DNA of 36,818 bases from an uncultured Muribaculaceae bacterium. Its GTDB lineage: Bacteria > Bacillota_I > Bacilli_A > RF39 > UBA660. The stretch lies in NCBI GenBank assembly GCA_964371745.1, contig CAYJNS010000003.1, forward strand, positions 1 to 36,818, read 5' to 3'. Positions 1 to 8,634 of the stretch are shown one piece after another. The notes under the pieces are model-generated. The model saw nothing but the letters and a program-made list of their open reading frames with translations, was not told where the DNA came from and made no database searches. A program made the translations under genes and the position numbers. Numbering within the stretch: the first letter of the stretch is position 1; each line of letters begins with the position of its first letter.

Positions 1-54
1 AAAATCCTGCGAAGGTTATACTTCGTGCCGGTTCAAGTCCGGCCGTGGGCACCA
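1..54 (+). tRNA. 3' part of a class II (long variable arm) tRNA, probably tRNA-Leu; the 5' part and anticodon lie outside the window
   Basis: T-arm gccgg/ttcaagt/ccggc (27-43). Acceptor 3' strand cgtgggc (44-50), discriminator A51 and encoded CCA (52-54). 5-bp variable-arm hairpin cgaag/cttcg (10-25). Discriminator A and the implied 5'-GCCCACG acceptor favour Leu over Ser or Tyr. Confidence 0.75.
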
Positions 55-66
55 TGAAAAAATAAG

Positions 67-99
67 GAAGTTGATTTTTTTCAACTTCTTTTAATTTTT
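67..99 (+). terminator. Rho-independent terminator after the tRNA
   Basis: 8-bp stem gaagttga (67-74) / tcaacttc (81-88) with a T6 loop, followed by ttttaattttt. Confidence 0.7.
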
Positions 100-118
100 A
101 AGAAAGGAATAAAGACGA

Positions 119-697
119 ATGTTAAAAGAAACAGGAGGCATTAAATATATAAAGAAAATGAGTAAAAATCATACTGGTGAAAAAAATAAATTATATGAAA
201 CATATTTAAAATTAATTTATTTATTATTTGATGAACAAAGTGACTCTATATTAGCTAATTTAAAAGTAAGGGGTTTTGAGCATATTACGCGTAAAGATTT
301 ATCAGAAAAATATCATATATCAAAGGCCTCTATATCAAAAAGAGTAGGTAAGCAATTTAAAATATTAAAAGAGTTTGTTAATTTTTATGATGACTCTACA
401 ATGAATTTTAATAATAGATATTTATTAAGACTATTATCGGAAAAAAGAATTATAAATTACAGTGATGAAAACATAACTTTAAGTGAATACTTTATGAGTG
501 TTGATATGATAGATTTAACTAACGCTATTGCTCAGTTATCTGAACAAGAAATTGATTTAATGTTGATAAGAAATATGAATTTATATCAAGATATGAATAT
601 AACTTTAGAAGAAGATACTTATTTTAATGAAATAATATTAAATAAATTAAAAACGAGTTTAACTGGTTTAAATAGAAAATTGACAAAAAGAAATTAA
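119..697 (+). CDS. Hypothetical protein with a helix-turn-helix-like segment
   Basis: 192-aa ORF with an AAGGA-like RBS about 10 nt upstream. HTH-like stretch ITRKDLSEKYHISKASISKRVGK. No family recognised. An alternative start at 159 is possible. Confidence 0.55.
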   Translation: MLKETGGIKYIKKMSKNHTGEKNKLYETYLKLIYLLFDEQSDSILANLKVRGFEHITRKDLSEKYHISKASISKRVGKQFKILKEFVNFYDDSTMNFNNRYLLRLLSEKRIINYSDENITLSEYFMSVDMIDLTNAIAQLSEQEIDLMLIRNMNLYQDMNITLEEDTYFNEIILNKLKTSLTGLNRKLTKRN

Positions 698-708
698 TAT
701 GGTAATAT
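680..708 (+). promoter_or_regulatory. Putative sigma-A promoter for the T-box leader and aspS
   Basis: TTGACA (680-685), 17-nt spacer, TAATAT (703-708). It lies just upstream of the start of the T-box Stem I. Confidence 0.45.
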
Positions 709-724
709 TTTATACACAAAGACA

Positions 725-941
725 AAGACTAGGTCAAGTAATATAATTTATTTTTAAAAAAGAGAGTTAGAAGTGGTGAAAGCTAACAAAAATAATTATA
801 TGAATAACAACCTATGAGTTGATTACTAAGTAATCCGGGTAACTCCGTTATAATGCAAAGAGATTATAGAAATATAATAATTTGGGTGGCACCGCGGATA
901 ACAGTATTCGTCCCATACGGGATGTATACTGTTTTTATTTT
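725..941 (+). promoter_or_regulatory. T-box riboswitch leader (tRNA-sensing transcription attenuator) controlling aspS
   Basis: Stem I elements: AGUA (737-740), AGAGAG bulge (761-766), distal loop aaGUGGUGAAAg (771-782) closed by guuag/cuaac. T-box sequence AAUUUGGGUGGCACCGCG (879-896). Terminator helix 900-933 (loop AUAC) followed by UUUUAUUUU. It sits immediately 5' of an aminoacyl-tRNA synthetase gene. Confidence 0.85.
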
Positions 942-961
942 GAAGAAAGAAGGAAAATAAT

Positions 962-2698
962 ATGGAAAATAAGTATCGTGATGTATACTGTGGTAAAGTA
1001 GATGAATCACATATTGGGAAAAAAATTAAAATAGCAGGTTGGATAGAAAATATAAGAGACCATGGAGGAATTATATTTTTAGATGCTAGAGATGAAACTG
1101 GTACAGTGCAAGTAGTTAGTAATGATGAGAATATGTTTACTGGACTTACTAGAGAAAGTACTATTACAGTAAGTGGGGAAGTAAGAAAAAGAGCTGAATC
1201 TGATTATAATGATAAGTTGGCAACGGGAAAACTAGAAGTTGTTGCTACATCTTTAGAAGTTTTAGGTAAAGCTAAAAATGTTTTGCCATTTGAAGTAATG
1301 ACTAGTAAAGATGTTAGTGAAGAAATAAGACTTAAATATAGATTTCTAGATTTAAGAAACCCTAAAGTACATGATAATATTTTACTAAGAAATAAACTAA
1401 TAAAATATTTAAGAGAAAAAATGGATTCACTTGGTCATACTGAAATTCAAACTCCAATACTTACGGCTTCTTCACCAGAAGGTGCTAGAGACTTTTTAGT
1501 TCCATCTAGAAAATTTCATGGTAAGTTTTATGCTCTACCTCAAGCTCCTCAAATATTTAAACAACTTCTTATGATTTCAGGTTTTGATAAATATTATCAA
1601 ATAGCACCATGTTTTAGGGATGAAGATGCAAGAAGTGATCGTATATATGGAGAGTTTTATCAGTTAGACTTAGAAATGGCTTTTGCAACAGAAAATGATG
1701 TACTTGAAGTTGGCGAAGAAATCTTTTATGATACATTTAAAAAGTTTAGTAATAAAGAAATAACTCCAAGACCTTTTAGAAGAATTGCTTATAAAGATGC
1801 AATAGATAAGTATGGTACAGATAAACCAGACTTACGTAACCCACTTGAAATAGTAGATGTAACAGATATATTTAAAAATACATCATTTGGTCCATTTAAA
1901 GGTGTTACTATAAAGTCTATTATAGTTGAAGGAATTGCTGATAAACCGAACTCTTGGTTTAACGAACTTGTTGATTATGCTAAAACTATTGGTATGCCAG
2001 GTATAGGATATTTTAAAATTATGGATGATATGTCGTTTGTTGGTCCTATTGATAAATTTTTAAGTGAAGAAGAAAGAGTATCCTTAATAGAAAATTGTAA
2101 ACTTCAAAAAAATTCAGTTATATTTTTTATAGCAAACCGTAAAAATGCACCAAAACTTGCTGGATTAATTAGAGATGAACTTGGAAAAAAATTAGATTTA
2201 ATAGATAATAACAAGTTCGAATTTTGTATAATAAATGATTATCCAATGTTTGAAAAAAATGAGGAAGGTAAATGGGATTTTTCACATAATCCATTTAGTA
2301 TGCCTCAAGGAGGATTTGATTCTTTAAAAGAAGATAATCTTGAAAATGTTTTAGCATATCAATATGATTTTGTATGTAATGGTATAGAACTTGCATCAGG
2401 TGCTGTAAGAAATCATGATAGAGAAATTATGAAAAAAGCATTTAATTTAGCGGGTTATAGTGAGGATACAATTAGAGAAAAATTTAACTCTTTATATACT
2501 GCATTTGAATATGGAGCACCACCTCATGCTGGTATGGCTCCTGGAATAGATCGTATGCTTATGCTTATAAATGAAGAAGAATCAATTCGTGAAACAATAG
2601 CATTTCCGCTTTTATCATCAGGTCAAGATGCACTTATGGGAGCACCTAACACTGTTGATGAAATGCAACTTAGAGAAGTTCATATAAAATTAAGATAA
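962..2698 (+). CDS. aspS: Aspartyl-tRNA synthetase, bacterial type (possibly non-discriminating)
   Basis: 578 aa with an N-terminal OB-fold region. Class II motifs include APCFRDEDARSDR and GMAPGIDRMLML. Bacterial-length insertion domain. RBS gaaggaaa lies upstream. Confidence 0.96.
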   Translation: MENKYRDVYCGKVDESHIGKKIKIAGWIENIRDHGGIIFLDARDETGTVQVVSNDENMFTGLTRESTITVSGEVRKRAESDYNDKLATGKLEVVATSLEVLGKAKNVLPFEVMTSKDVSEEIRLKYRFLDLRNPKVHDNILLRNKLIKYLREKMDSLGHTEIQTPILTASSPEGARDFLVPSRKFHGKFYALPQAPQIFKQLLMISGFDKYYQIAPCFRDEDARSDRIYGEFYQLDLEMAFATENDVLEVGEEIFYDTFKKFSNKEITPRPFRRIAYKDAIDKYGTDKPDLRNPLEIVDVTDIFKNTSFGPFKGVTIKSIIVEGIADKPNSWFNELVDYAKTIGMPGIGYFKIMDDMSFVGPIDKFLSEEERVSLIENCKLQKNSVIFFIANRKNAPKLAGLIRDELGKKLDLIDNNKFEFCIINDYPMFEKNEEGKWDFSHNPFSMPQGGFDSLKEDNLENVLAYQYDFVCNGIELASGAVRNHDREIMKKAFNLAGYSEDTIREKFNSLYTAFEYGAPPHAGMAPGIDRMLMLINEEESIRETIAFPLLSSGQDALMGAPNTVDEMQLREVHIKLR

Positions 2699-2794
2699 AG
2701 TAATATATTAATGAAAAATATGGTTGTTATAATCATATTTTTTATTGTTTTATAATTATTCTTATGATATTATAAAACATATTTGAGGTGTATT

Positions 2795-3400
2795 ATGAAA
2801 AAAGAATATTATTGTGATTTAGTGCTTGATACTGAAAATGCTACATGGATATTAACTTGGTATGATGAAAATAATAAAGTAATTACTTTTCAAAATAATT
2901 ACTTAAAAACCTTATATGGTAGTTTTTATTTAAAAGATAAATTCAAAAACGAAATTAAAGAATATATTAAATTAAATAAATGTTATACTAAAAAACTAAA
3001 AAGAATTACTTCTACTACAAGTGATACTCATTTTAATAAAAATGTAAATATATTACTAAATTATTTATCTGATGAATTTTCTTTAATGCATCTAGTAAAT
3101 AAAATATTAAAAGATAGAAAAATTTTAATTAAAGATGAGTATGATAGAATAGGTATGATAATCATAGTATTATTTGATATATTTACAAATGTTTTAGAAA
3201 CTTTTTTTGATAATCAATTCAGTAACACTCATGAAATGAGTATGTTTATTGAAAGTAGACTTAATAGTATAAATTATAATTTTATATTTATTAAAGAAGA
3301 ATTAAAAGATTTAATAAGTGATAATTATATAGATGAAAGAAATATTTTCTTAAATAGTTTAATGGATGAACATTTTGGTAATGAAAGGAAACTAAAATAA
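2795..3400 (+). CDS. Hypothetical protein, tandem paralogue 1 (201 aa)
   Basis: ATG at 2795 follows GAGGTG (2785-2790); the TTG at 2783 in the track is probably an over-extension. Shares the block EYDRIGMIIIVLFDIFTNVLETFFDN with the next ORF. Confidence 0.7.
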   Translation: MKKEYYCDLVLDTENATWILTWYDENNKVITFQNNYLKTLYGSFYLKDKFKNEIKEYIKLNKCYTKKLKRITSTTSDTHFNKNVNILLNYLSDEFSLMHLVNKILKDRKILIKDEYDRIGMIIIVLFDIFTNVLETFFDNQFSNTHEMSMFIESRLNSINYNFIFIKEELKDLISDNYIDERNIFLNSLMDEHFGNERKLK

Positions 3401-4005
3401 TGGATAGTAGGAATTTATTAGTTGAAATAGAAGAGTTAGATGATAATAATATTGATGTAAATATTATTAATGCAGAAACTGGTGAAAAAGATATAATAGA
3501 AAATGAATTTGATAGATTGTTATTTGTATATAATGATATAGATGATTTTTTCAACTCTCATATTAAATATCATTCTTATTCAAGAAGAGTTAATTTTAGA
3601 GCCAGTTTAACTACAAGATTTGAACTTTTAAATGAAATGTTATTTAATGATAACGATAATTATTATAAATTACTTAGAGTAGTGCTTAAAAGTTATATAA
3701 CTGACCAAGTAGTAGAAAAAGAGATTATTAAATGTATTAAAAAATATATAAAACGTAGTCAGTTATATTTAGAAGAAGAATATAAAATGATAGGTTATAT
3801 TTTAATAAGTTTAAATAATTTAATACCAAATGCTATAAATGCTATGATAGATAATCATGTGCAGTATCCTGGCGATATGAGATTTGCACATTTTGCTGAA
3901 GAAAAATTTTTAGAATATCAAAAAACTATAGACGATTTAGATGTTAAAACAAAAATTTTATTAGATGGAAAATATATAAGAGAAAAAGAACTTTTTAGAA
4001 TATAA
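3400..4005 (+). CDS. Hypothetical protein, tandem paralogue 2 (201 aa)
   Basis: Start overlaps the upstream stop (TAATG). Contains EYKMIGYILISLNNLIPNAINAMIDN, matching paralogue 1, and has the same length. Confidence 0.7.
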   Translation: MDSRNLLVEIEELDDNNIDVNIINAETGEKDIIENEFDRLLFVYNDIDDFFNSHIKYHSYSRRVNFRASLTTRFELLNEMLFNDNDNYYKLLRVVLKSYITDQVVEKEIIKCIKKYIKRSQLYLEEEYKMIGYILISLNNLIPNAINAMIDNHVQYPGDMRFAHFAEEKFLEYQKTIDDLDVKTKILLDGKYIREKELFRI

Positions 4006-4007
4006 AC

Positions 4008-4036
4008 TTGTTAAAATTTTGTTTTTTTTATATAAT
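4008..4036 (+). promoter_or_regulatory. Putative sigma-A promoter of the dnaB-dnaI operon
   Basis: TTGTTA (4008-4013), 17-nt spacer, TATAAT (4031-4036). Confidence 0.55.
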
Positions 4037-4060
4037 AAGATTACATGAAAGGACTTGATT

Positions 4061-5335
4061 ATGGAAAATGTAATATTACTTCCTGCAGATAGTTATAAAG
4101 TTGTCAATAAATCTATTTTAACTGACTTTGATAGAAAAATATTAATTGCATTATATGAACCAATTGTGGGTCCTCTTTCAATTAGTTTGTATTTAACGCT
4201 TTGGCATGATTTGGATTACTATGAACTTTTTAGTAGGAATCTAACACATCATCATTTAATGAGTATTTTAAAAAGTAACTTAGATACTTTAAAATCTACT
4301 AGAGAATCTTTAGAGTCTATTGGTTTATTAAAAACATATATCAAAGAAGGTAATGTTAATGAATATATATATGAACTATATTCTCCATTATCGCCTAATG
4401 AATTTTTTAATCATCCTGTTTTAAATATAGTACTTTATAATAATATTGGTAGAGATGAATATGAAAGGTTGAAAGTATATTATCAAAAAATAAAAGTTGA
4501 TACTAAAGAATATAAAGAAATTACTAAAACATTAGATGAAGTTTATGTAAGTGGTAACTTTACTGGAACAGATGACATAAGAGAAAGAAAAACTAATAAT
4601 TTAAAAGTTAATGGTACTATAGATTTTGATTTAATTTTATCATCAATTCCAAAAGGAAGTATAAATGAAAAAACATTTAATAAAAAAACAAATGAACTTA
4701 TAAATTTACTTGCATTTATTTATAATATAGATAGTCTTAAAATGGTTGAAATTATTAGAACTGTTATAAATGAATTTGGTATGATTGATAAAAAGGAGCT
4801 TAGACTAGCTACTCGTAAAAATTATCAATTTAATAATAATGCACTACCAACTTTAGTTTATAGATCTCAGCCTGAATATTTAAAAGACCCAGAAGGTGAT
4901 AACTCAATGAAAGGTAAAATTATTTCTCTTTTTGAAAATACTACACCTTATGACTTTTTAAAAAGTAAAAATAGAGGAACTAATCCAACGTCTAAAGAGC
5001 TAAAACTTTTAGAAACTTTAATTATTGATATGGAACTAACTCCAGCAGTTGTAAACGTTTTAATAGATTATGTACTTCGTAAAAATAATAATAGACTTAC
5101 TAATGCATATGTTGAAACAATTGCAGCACAGTGGAAAAGAGCAGGCCTTAAAACTGCTAAAGAGGCAATGAATTTTGCTGAAAAGGAACATAAAAAATTA
5201 AGTAAAAAAAGTAGTGGTACTACTTCTAAAAAGGAAGTTAAATTACCAGTATGGTATAACAAAAAAATAGAGAAAAGTGAAATTTCAAATGAGGAAGAAG
5301 AAGAACTAAAAGAATTATTAAAGGAGTTTAAATAA
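4061..5335 (+). CDS. dnaB: Replication initiation and membrane attachment protein (Bacillus-type DnaB / DnaD-domain protein, not the helicase)
   Basis: C-terminal DnaD/DnaB_2-like motif AYVETIAAQWKRAGLKTAKEAMNF. Directly followed by dnaI with a 1-nt overlap, as in Bacillus dnaB-dnaI. ATG at 4061 follows AAAGGA. Confidence 0.75.
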   Translation: MENVILLPADSYKVVNKSILTDFDRKILIALYEPIVGPLSISLYLTLWHDLDYYELFSRNLTHHHLMSILKSNLDTLKSTRESLESIGLLKTYIKEGNVNEYIYELYSPLSPNEFFNHPVLNIVLYNNIGRDEYERLKVYYQKIKVDTKEYKEITKTLDEVYVSGNFTGTDDIRERKTNNLKVNGTIDFDLILSSIPKGSINEKTFNKKTNELINLLAFIYNIDSLKMVEIIRTVINEFGMIDKKELRLATRKNYQFNNNALPTLVYRSQPEYLKDPEGDNSMKGKIISLFENTTPYDFLKSKNRGTNPTSKELKLLETLIIDMELTPAVVNVLIDYVLRKNNNRLTNAYVETIAAQWKRAGLKTAKEAMNFAEKEHKKLSKKSSGTTSKKEVKLPVWYNKKIEKSEISNEEEEELKELLKEFK

Positions 5336-6225
5336 TGGAAAAAATTAATTTATCAAAAATGAATGAAGTTAAAGAAAATATTGATAAAGAATATTTAAAG
5401 GCTTTAGAAAATGTTGATTTTAATAATATTGTTACTAACTTAAAACTTGATAATAATATACTTAAAAAAAATGTTACTAAAATAAATGATACAATTGAAG
5501 AACTTAAAAACTGTAAAAAATGTAAAGGTTTATACATGTGTAAAAATAAGTTTGAAGGACATATATTTTTTCCTGAAAATAATAATGAAAAATTAAGATT
5601 TGTTTATACTCCATGTAAATATCAAAAAAAGTTTGAAGTTGAAAAACAAAAAAAAGAAGCTAGTAGAAATATCCTAGATACAGTTAGAATGAAAGATATT
5701 GATATTACTGATAAAAATAGATTGCCATTAATTAAGTGGTTGAAAAATTTTTATGATGAATATGAACCAAATAAAATATTAAAGGGTTTATATTTACATG
5801 GAACATTTGGTTCAGGTAAAACTTTTTTAATATCTTGTTTACTTAATGAATTAAAAGAAAAAAAAGGAGCAAAAATAGCAAAAGTTTATTTACCAGATTT
5901 ATATAGGGGGCTAAGAGACAATTTTGATTTACTTGATAAAAAGGTAAGTTTCTATCAAAATATTGAGATACTTTTAATTGATGATATTGGATCTGAAAGT
6001 GTAACTGAGTGGAATCGTGATGAAATACTTAGTGCAATATTACAGTACAGAATGAATAAAGCATTAACTACTTTTTTTACATCAAATTTAAATTTAAAAG
6101 AACTTGAGAATCATTTGGCGTTAACAAAAGTTGGTGATGATTTTATAAAATCAAGTAGAATTATAGAAAGAGTTAAACAGTTATCTACTCCTTTAGAACT
6201 GCAAAGTGAAAATAAACGAAATTAA
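5335..6225 (+). CDS. dnaI: Primosomal helicase loader DnaI
   Basis: N-terminal Cys cluster (CKKCKG...C). AAA+ Walker A GTFGSGKT and Walker B LLIDDIGSE. Positioned after the dnaB-like gene. Confidence 0.85.
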   Translation: MEKINLSKMNEVKENIDKEYLKALENVDFNNIVTNLKLDNNILKKNVTKINDTIEELKNCKKCKGLYMCKNKFEGHIFFPENNNEKLRFVYTPCKYQKKFEVEKQKKEASRNILDTVRMKDIDITDKNRLPLIKWLKNFYDEYEPNKILKGLYLHGTFGSGKTFLISCLLNELKEKKGAKIAKVYLPDLYRGLRDNFDLLDKKVSFYQNIEILLIDDIGSESVTEWNRDEILSAILQYRMNKALTTFFTSNLNLKELENHLALTKVGDDFIKSSRIIERVKQLSTPLELQSENKRN

Positions 6226-6245
6226 ATATTATAACAGGAGGGTAT

Positions 6246-6866
6246 ATGAATAAAATAAATATTGATAATTTATTAAGTTATGAAATAGAATCATTTACAT
6301 ATAAAGATGAAAATATATTTATTAAAACTAGAATAGGAACTTTAAAATATAGTATAGATGAAAAAGAATTAAATGATATTAAACATTTAATTAAAGATTT
6401 AGAAAAAGAAAATAATATATTGGAAAACAAAAAAATATCAAAAAGAAAATTAAAAAAGAGAATAACTATTAAATATTTAATTAATATGTTATTATTTATT
6501 ACTTTATTGCCAGCAAGTTTAGCTTTTGCATATACATCTATATTTTTAAGTATATTATCATTAGCAATTATTTTTACTACTCCTTTTTTATTTATTAAAA
6601 GTATTAAAAAAAATGAAAGGCTATTAAAAGAATTAAATGATATAGATTATTATAAAAAGAAAATAAATTTAGAAGTAAATTATTTGAATAAAGTAGGATT
6701 TATTATTCAAGAATTTTTGAAAGTTATTTCTATAAATGAAAAAGAAAAAACGGTTGATGATAATGTAATAGAAAAAATAAATAATGAATTATATTTATAT
6801 CAAAATAATTTAGATGTTCCTCGACATATAAGAAAAAAAGTTAAAAAGCTTGACAAAAACATCTAA
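6246..6866 (+). CDS. Hypothetical membrane protein (coiled-coil regions flanking a TM hairpin)
   Basis: 206 aa with RBS caggaggg upstream. Two adjacent hydrophobic helices (LINMLLFITLLPASLAFAYTSIFLSILSLAIIFTTPFLFI). Confidence 0.6.
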   Translation: MNKINIDNLLSYEIESFTYKDENIFIKTRIGTLKYSIDEKELNDIKHLIKDLEKENNILENKKISKRKLKKRITIKYLINMLLFITLLPASLAFAYTSIFLSILSLAIIFTTPFLFIKSIKKNERLLKELNDIDYYKKKINLEVNYLNKVGFIIQEFLKVISINEKEKTVDDNVIEKINNELYLYQNNLDVPRHIRKKVKKLDKNI

Positions 6867-6921
6867 GTAATGTAGTATATTTGTTACAAAAAGATTTTTC
6901 TTTTTGTAAGGGGGAAATATT

Positions 6922-7413
6922 ATGGAAGAAAATAAAATTGAAGAACTTAAAAATAGAATTACAGAACTAGAACAAATGAATTTGCTTAATAGTATAGATA
7001 AGTTATATAAGAAAGAAAAATATAGTGATATTTTCATGTTTGTAGAAGGAGTGGCAACATCACTTATTATAGTAACCACATTAGTATTAATAGCGCCAGA
7101 GTCTATAAGTTCAATATCACCTGTAATTATAGGTTCTGCATCAGGAATTTTAGCAGGTATTAAATCTATTTGTATAGTAGGTCCAAAAAGGCGAAAAAAA
7201 CTTAAGGAATTTATAGTTTTAAATAGGGAAAAAAACTCATTAGAATATGAACTTCAAAATATACAAGAAAAAACCGTTGAGAGAAATAGCATACAGATTA
7301 ATGAAGAATCTAATACAGATACATATGAGGTACCGGAACATGAATATGATGAATCATATTATGCGAATCCTGAAGAGCAAATAAGAAGCGGTTATCCTAG
7401 AGTAAGAAAATAG
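6922..7413 (+). CDS. Hypothetical membrane protein
   Basis: 163 aa with RBS aaggggga upstream. N-terminal coiled coil, then two TM segments (VATSLIIVTTLVLIA, VIIGSASGILAGIKSICIV). A TTGACA (6850-6855) / TAGTAT (6873-6878) promoter-like pair lies upstream. Confidence 0.6.
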   Translation: MEENKIEELKNRITELEQMNLLNSIDKLYKKEKYSDIFMFVEGVATSLIIVTTLVLIAPESISSISPVIIGSASGILAGIKSICIVGPKRRKKLKEFIVLNREKNSLEYELQNIQEKTVERNSIQINEESNTDTYEVPEHEYDESYYANPEEQIRSGYPRVRK

Positions 7414-7418
7414 CCAAA

Positions 7419-7432
7419 GAAACAAATGTTCG
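7419..7432. promoter_or_regulatory. LexA (Cheo/SOS) box-like operator upstream of recA
   Basis: GAAACAAATGTTCG compared with the Gram-positive consensus CGAAC-N4-GTTCG. The right half-site is perfect and the left half is AAC. It lies 9 nt upstream of the recA -35. Confidence 0.55.
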
Positions 7433-7440
7433 ATTTTGTG

Positions 7441-7469
7441 TTGACATTTGTTTTTTTTTGTTATACAAT
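7441..7469 (+). promoter_or_regulatory. recA sigma-A promoter
   Basis: TTGACA (7441-7446), 17-nt spacer, TACAAT (7464-7469). Confidence 0.65.
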
Positions 7470-7501
7470 GTGATTGTATCAGAGTTAAATTAGGAGGAAA
7501 C

Positions 7502-8533
7502 ATGAAAGTAACAAAAGATGTAAAAAATAAAGATAAAGCTTTAGAAGAAGTTTTAAAAGATATAGAAAAACAATTTGGTGCAGGGGCTATTATGAAACTT
7601 GGCGCAGATGATCACATTGAAATTGATGTCGTTTCATCTGGATCTCTTGCTCTTGATGTAGCACTTGGAGTAGGTGGATTTCCTAAAGGAAGAATAATTG
7701 AAGTTTATGGACCTGAATCAAGTGGTAAAACAACTATTGCACTTGAAGCAATTTCAGCATGTCAAAAGGGTGGTGGAAGAGCTGCATTTATAGATGCTGA
7801 GCACGCACTTGATCCGGTATATGCTAAAGCATTAGGTGTAAATATAAATGAACTTTTATTATCTCAACCAGATACAGGAGAGCAAGCTCTTGAAATATGT
7901 GAGGCTTTAGTTAGATCTGAAGCAGTGGACTTAATCATAATAGATTCAGTAGCGGCTCTTGTTCCACAAGCAGAAATAGATGGAGAAATGGGTGATTCAC
8001 ATGTTGGATTACAAGCAAGACTTATGTCACAGGCTTTACGTAAGTTATCTGGAATTATGAATAAAACAAACACAACTGCAATATTTATTAATCAATTGCG
8101 CGAAAAAGTTGGTGTTATGTTTGGTAATCCAGAAACAACTCCTGGTGGAAGAGCATTAAAATTTTATTCTACTATAAGACTAGATATAAGACGCGGTGAA
8201 CAAATTAAAATGGGAGACCAAGTAATTGGAAATAAAACAAATATAAAAGTTGTTAAAAATAAAGTTGCTCCACCATTTAAACTTGCATGTGTTGATATCA
8301 TGTATGGAGAAGGAATTAGTAAAGAAGGTGAACTTATAGATTTAGCATCAGATATAGGGATTATTGAAAAAAGTGGAGCTTGGTATTCATATAATGAAAA
8401 CAAAATAGGTCAAGGTAAAGAAAATGTAAAGCAATATTTGAAGGATAATGTTGATACATTTGTTGAAATAGATGATAAAGTAAGGACTTATTATGAGTTT
8501 AATAAGAAAGAAAAATCTAAAAAGGAAGAATAG
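7502..8533 (+). CDS. recA: Recombinase RecA
   Basis: ATG at 7502 follows TAGGAGGAAA; the track start at 7448 (TTG) lies inside the promoter. Walker [10 protein letters not shown], plus [28 protein letters not shown]. 343 aa. Confidence 0.98.
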   Translation: MKVTKDVKNKDKALEEVLKDIEKQFGAGAIMKLGADDHIEIDVVSSGSLALDVALGVGGFPKGRIIEVYGPESSGKTTIALEAISACQKGGGRAAFIDAEHALDPVYAKALGVNINELLLSQPDTGEQALEICEALVRSEAVDLIIIDSVAALVPQAEIDGEMGDSHVGLQARLMSQALRKLSGIMNKTNTTAIFINQLREKVGVMFGNPETTPGGRALKFYSTIRLDIRRGEQIKMGDQVIGNKTNIKVVKNKVAPPFKLACVDIMYGEGISKEGELIDLASDIGIIEKSGAWYSYNENKIGQGKENVKQYLKDNVDTFVEIDDKVRTYYEFNKKEKSKKEE

Positions 8534-8570
8534 TTTTAAAATAATCATTAAAATCACTTGATAAATTAAC

Positions 8571-8612
8571 AAATAACTCTTATAATAAGCATATAGGAGT
8601 TATTTTTAATTT
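8571..8612 (+). terminator. Probable recA terminator
   Basis: 14-bp stem 8571-8584 / 8592-8605 with one G-U pair and a 7-nt loop, followed by a T-rich tract. It overlaps a TTGATA (8558-8563) - 17 nt - TATAAT (8581-8586) promoter-like pair for rny. Confidence 0.45.
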
Positions 8613-8634
8613 CTAATAAATACAAGGAGGAAAA

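Noticed and set aside
802-825. Alternative T-box specifier readings: UAA (805-807) when counting from the GAA element, or GAU (821-823) further downstream.
   Set aside because: UAA is a stop codon. GAU at 821-823 lies outside the specifier loop in my fold and is followed by U rather than the conserved purine. Anchoring on the purine next to the lower helix gives AAC.
6885-6908. Hairpin tacaaaaag/ctttttgta between the two membrane-protein genes, considered as a terminator.
   Set aside because: No U-tract follows; the next bases are AGGGGGA, the RBS of the downstream gene. It also lies downstream of the promoter-like TTGACA/TAGTAT pair, so it is more likely a 5'-UTR structure or coincidental in AT-rich DNA.
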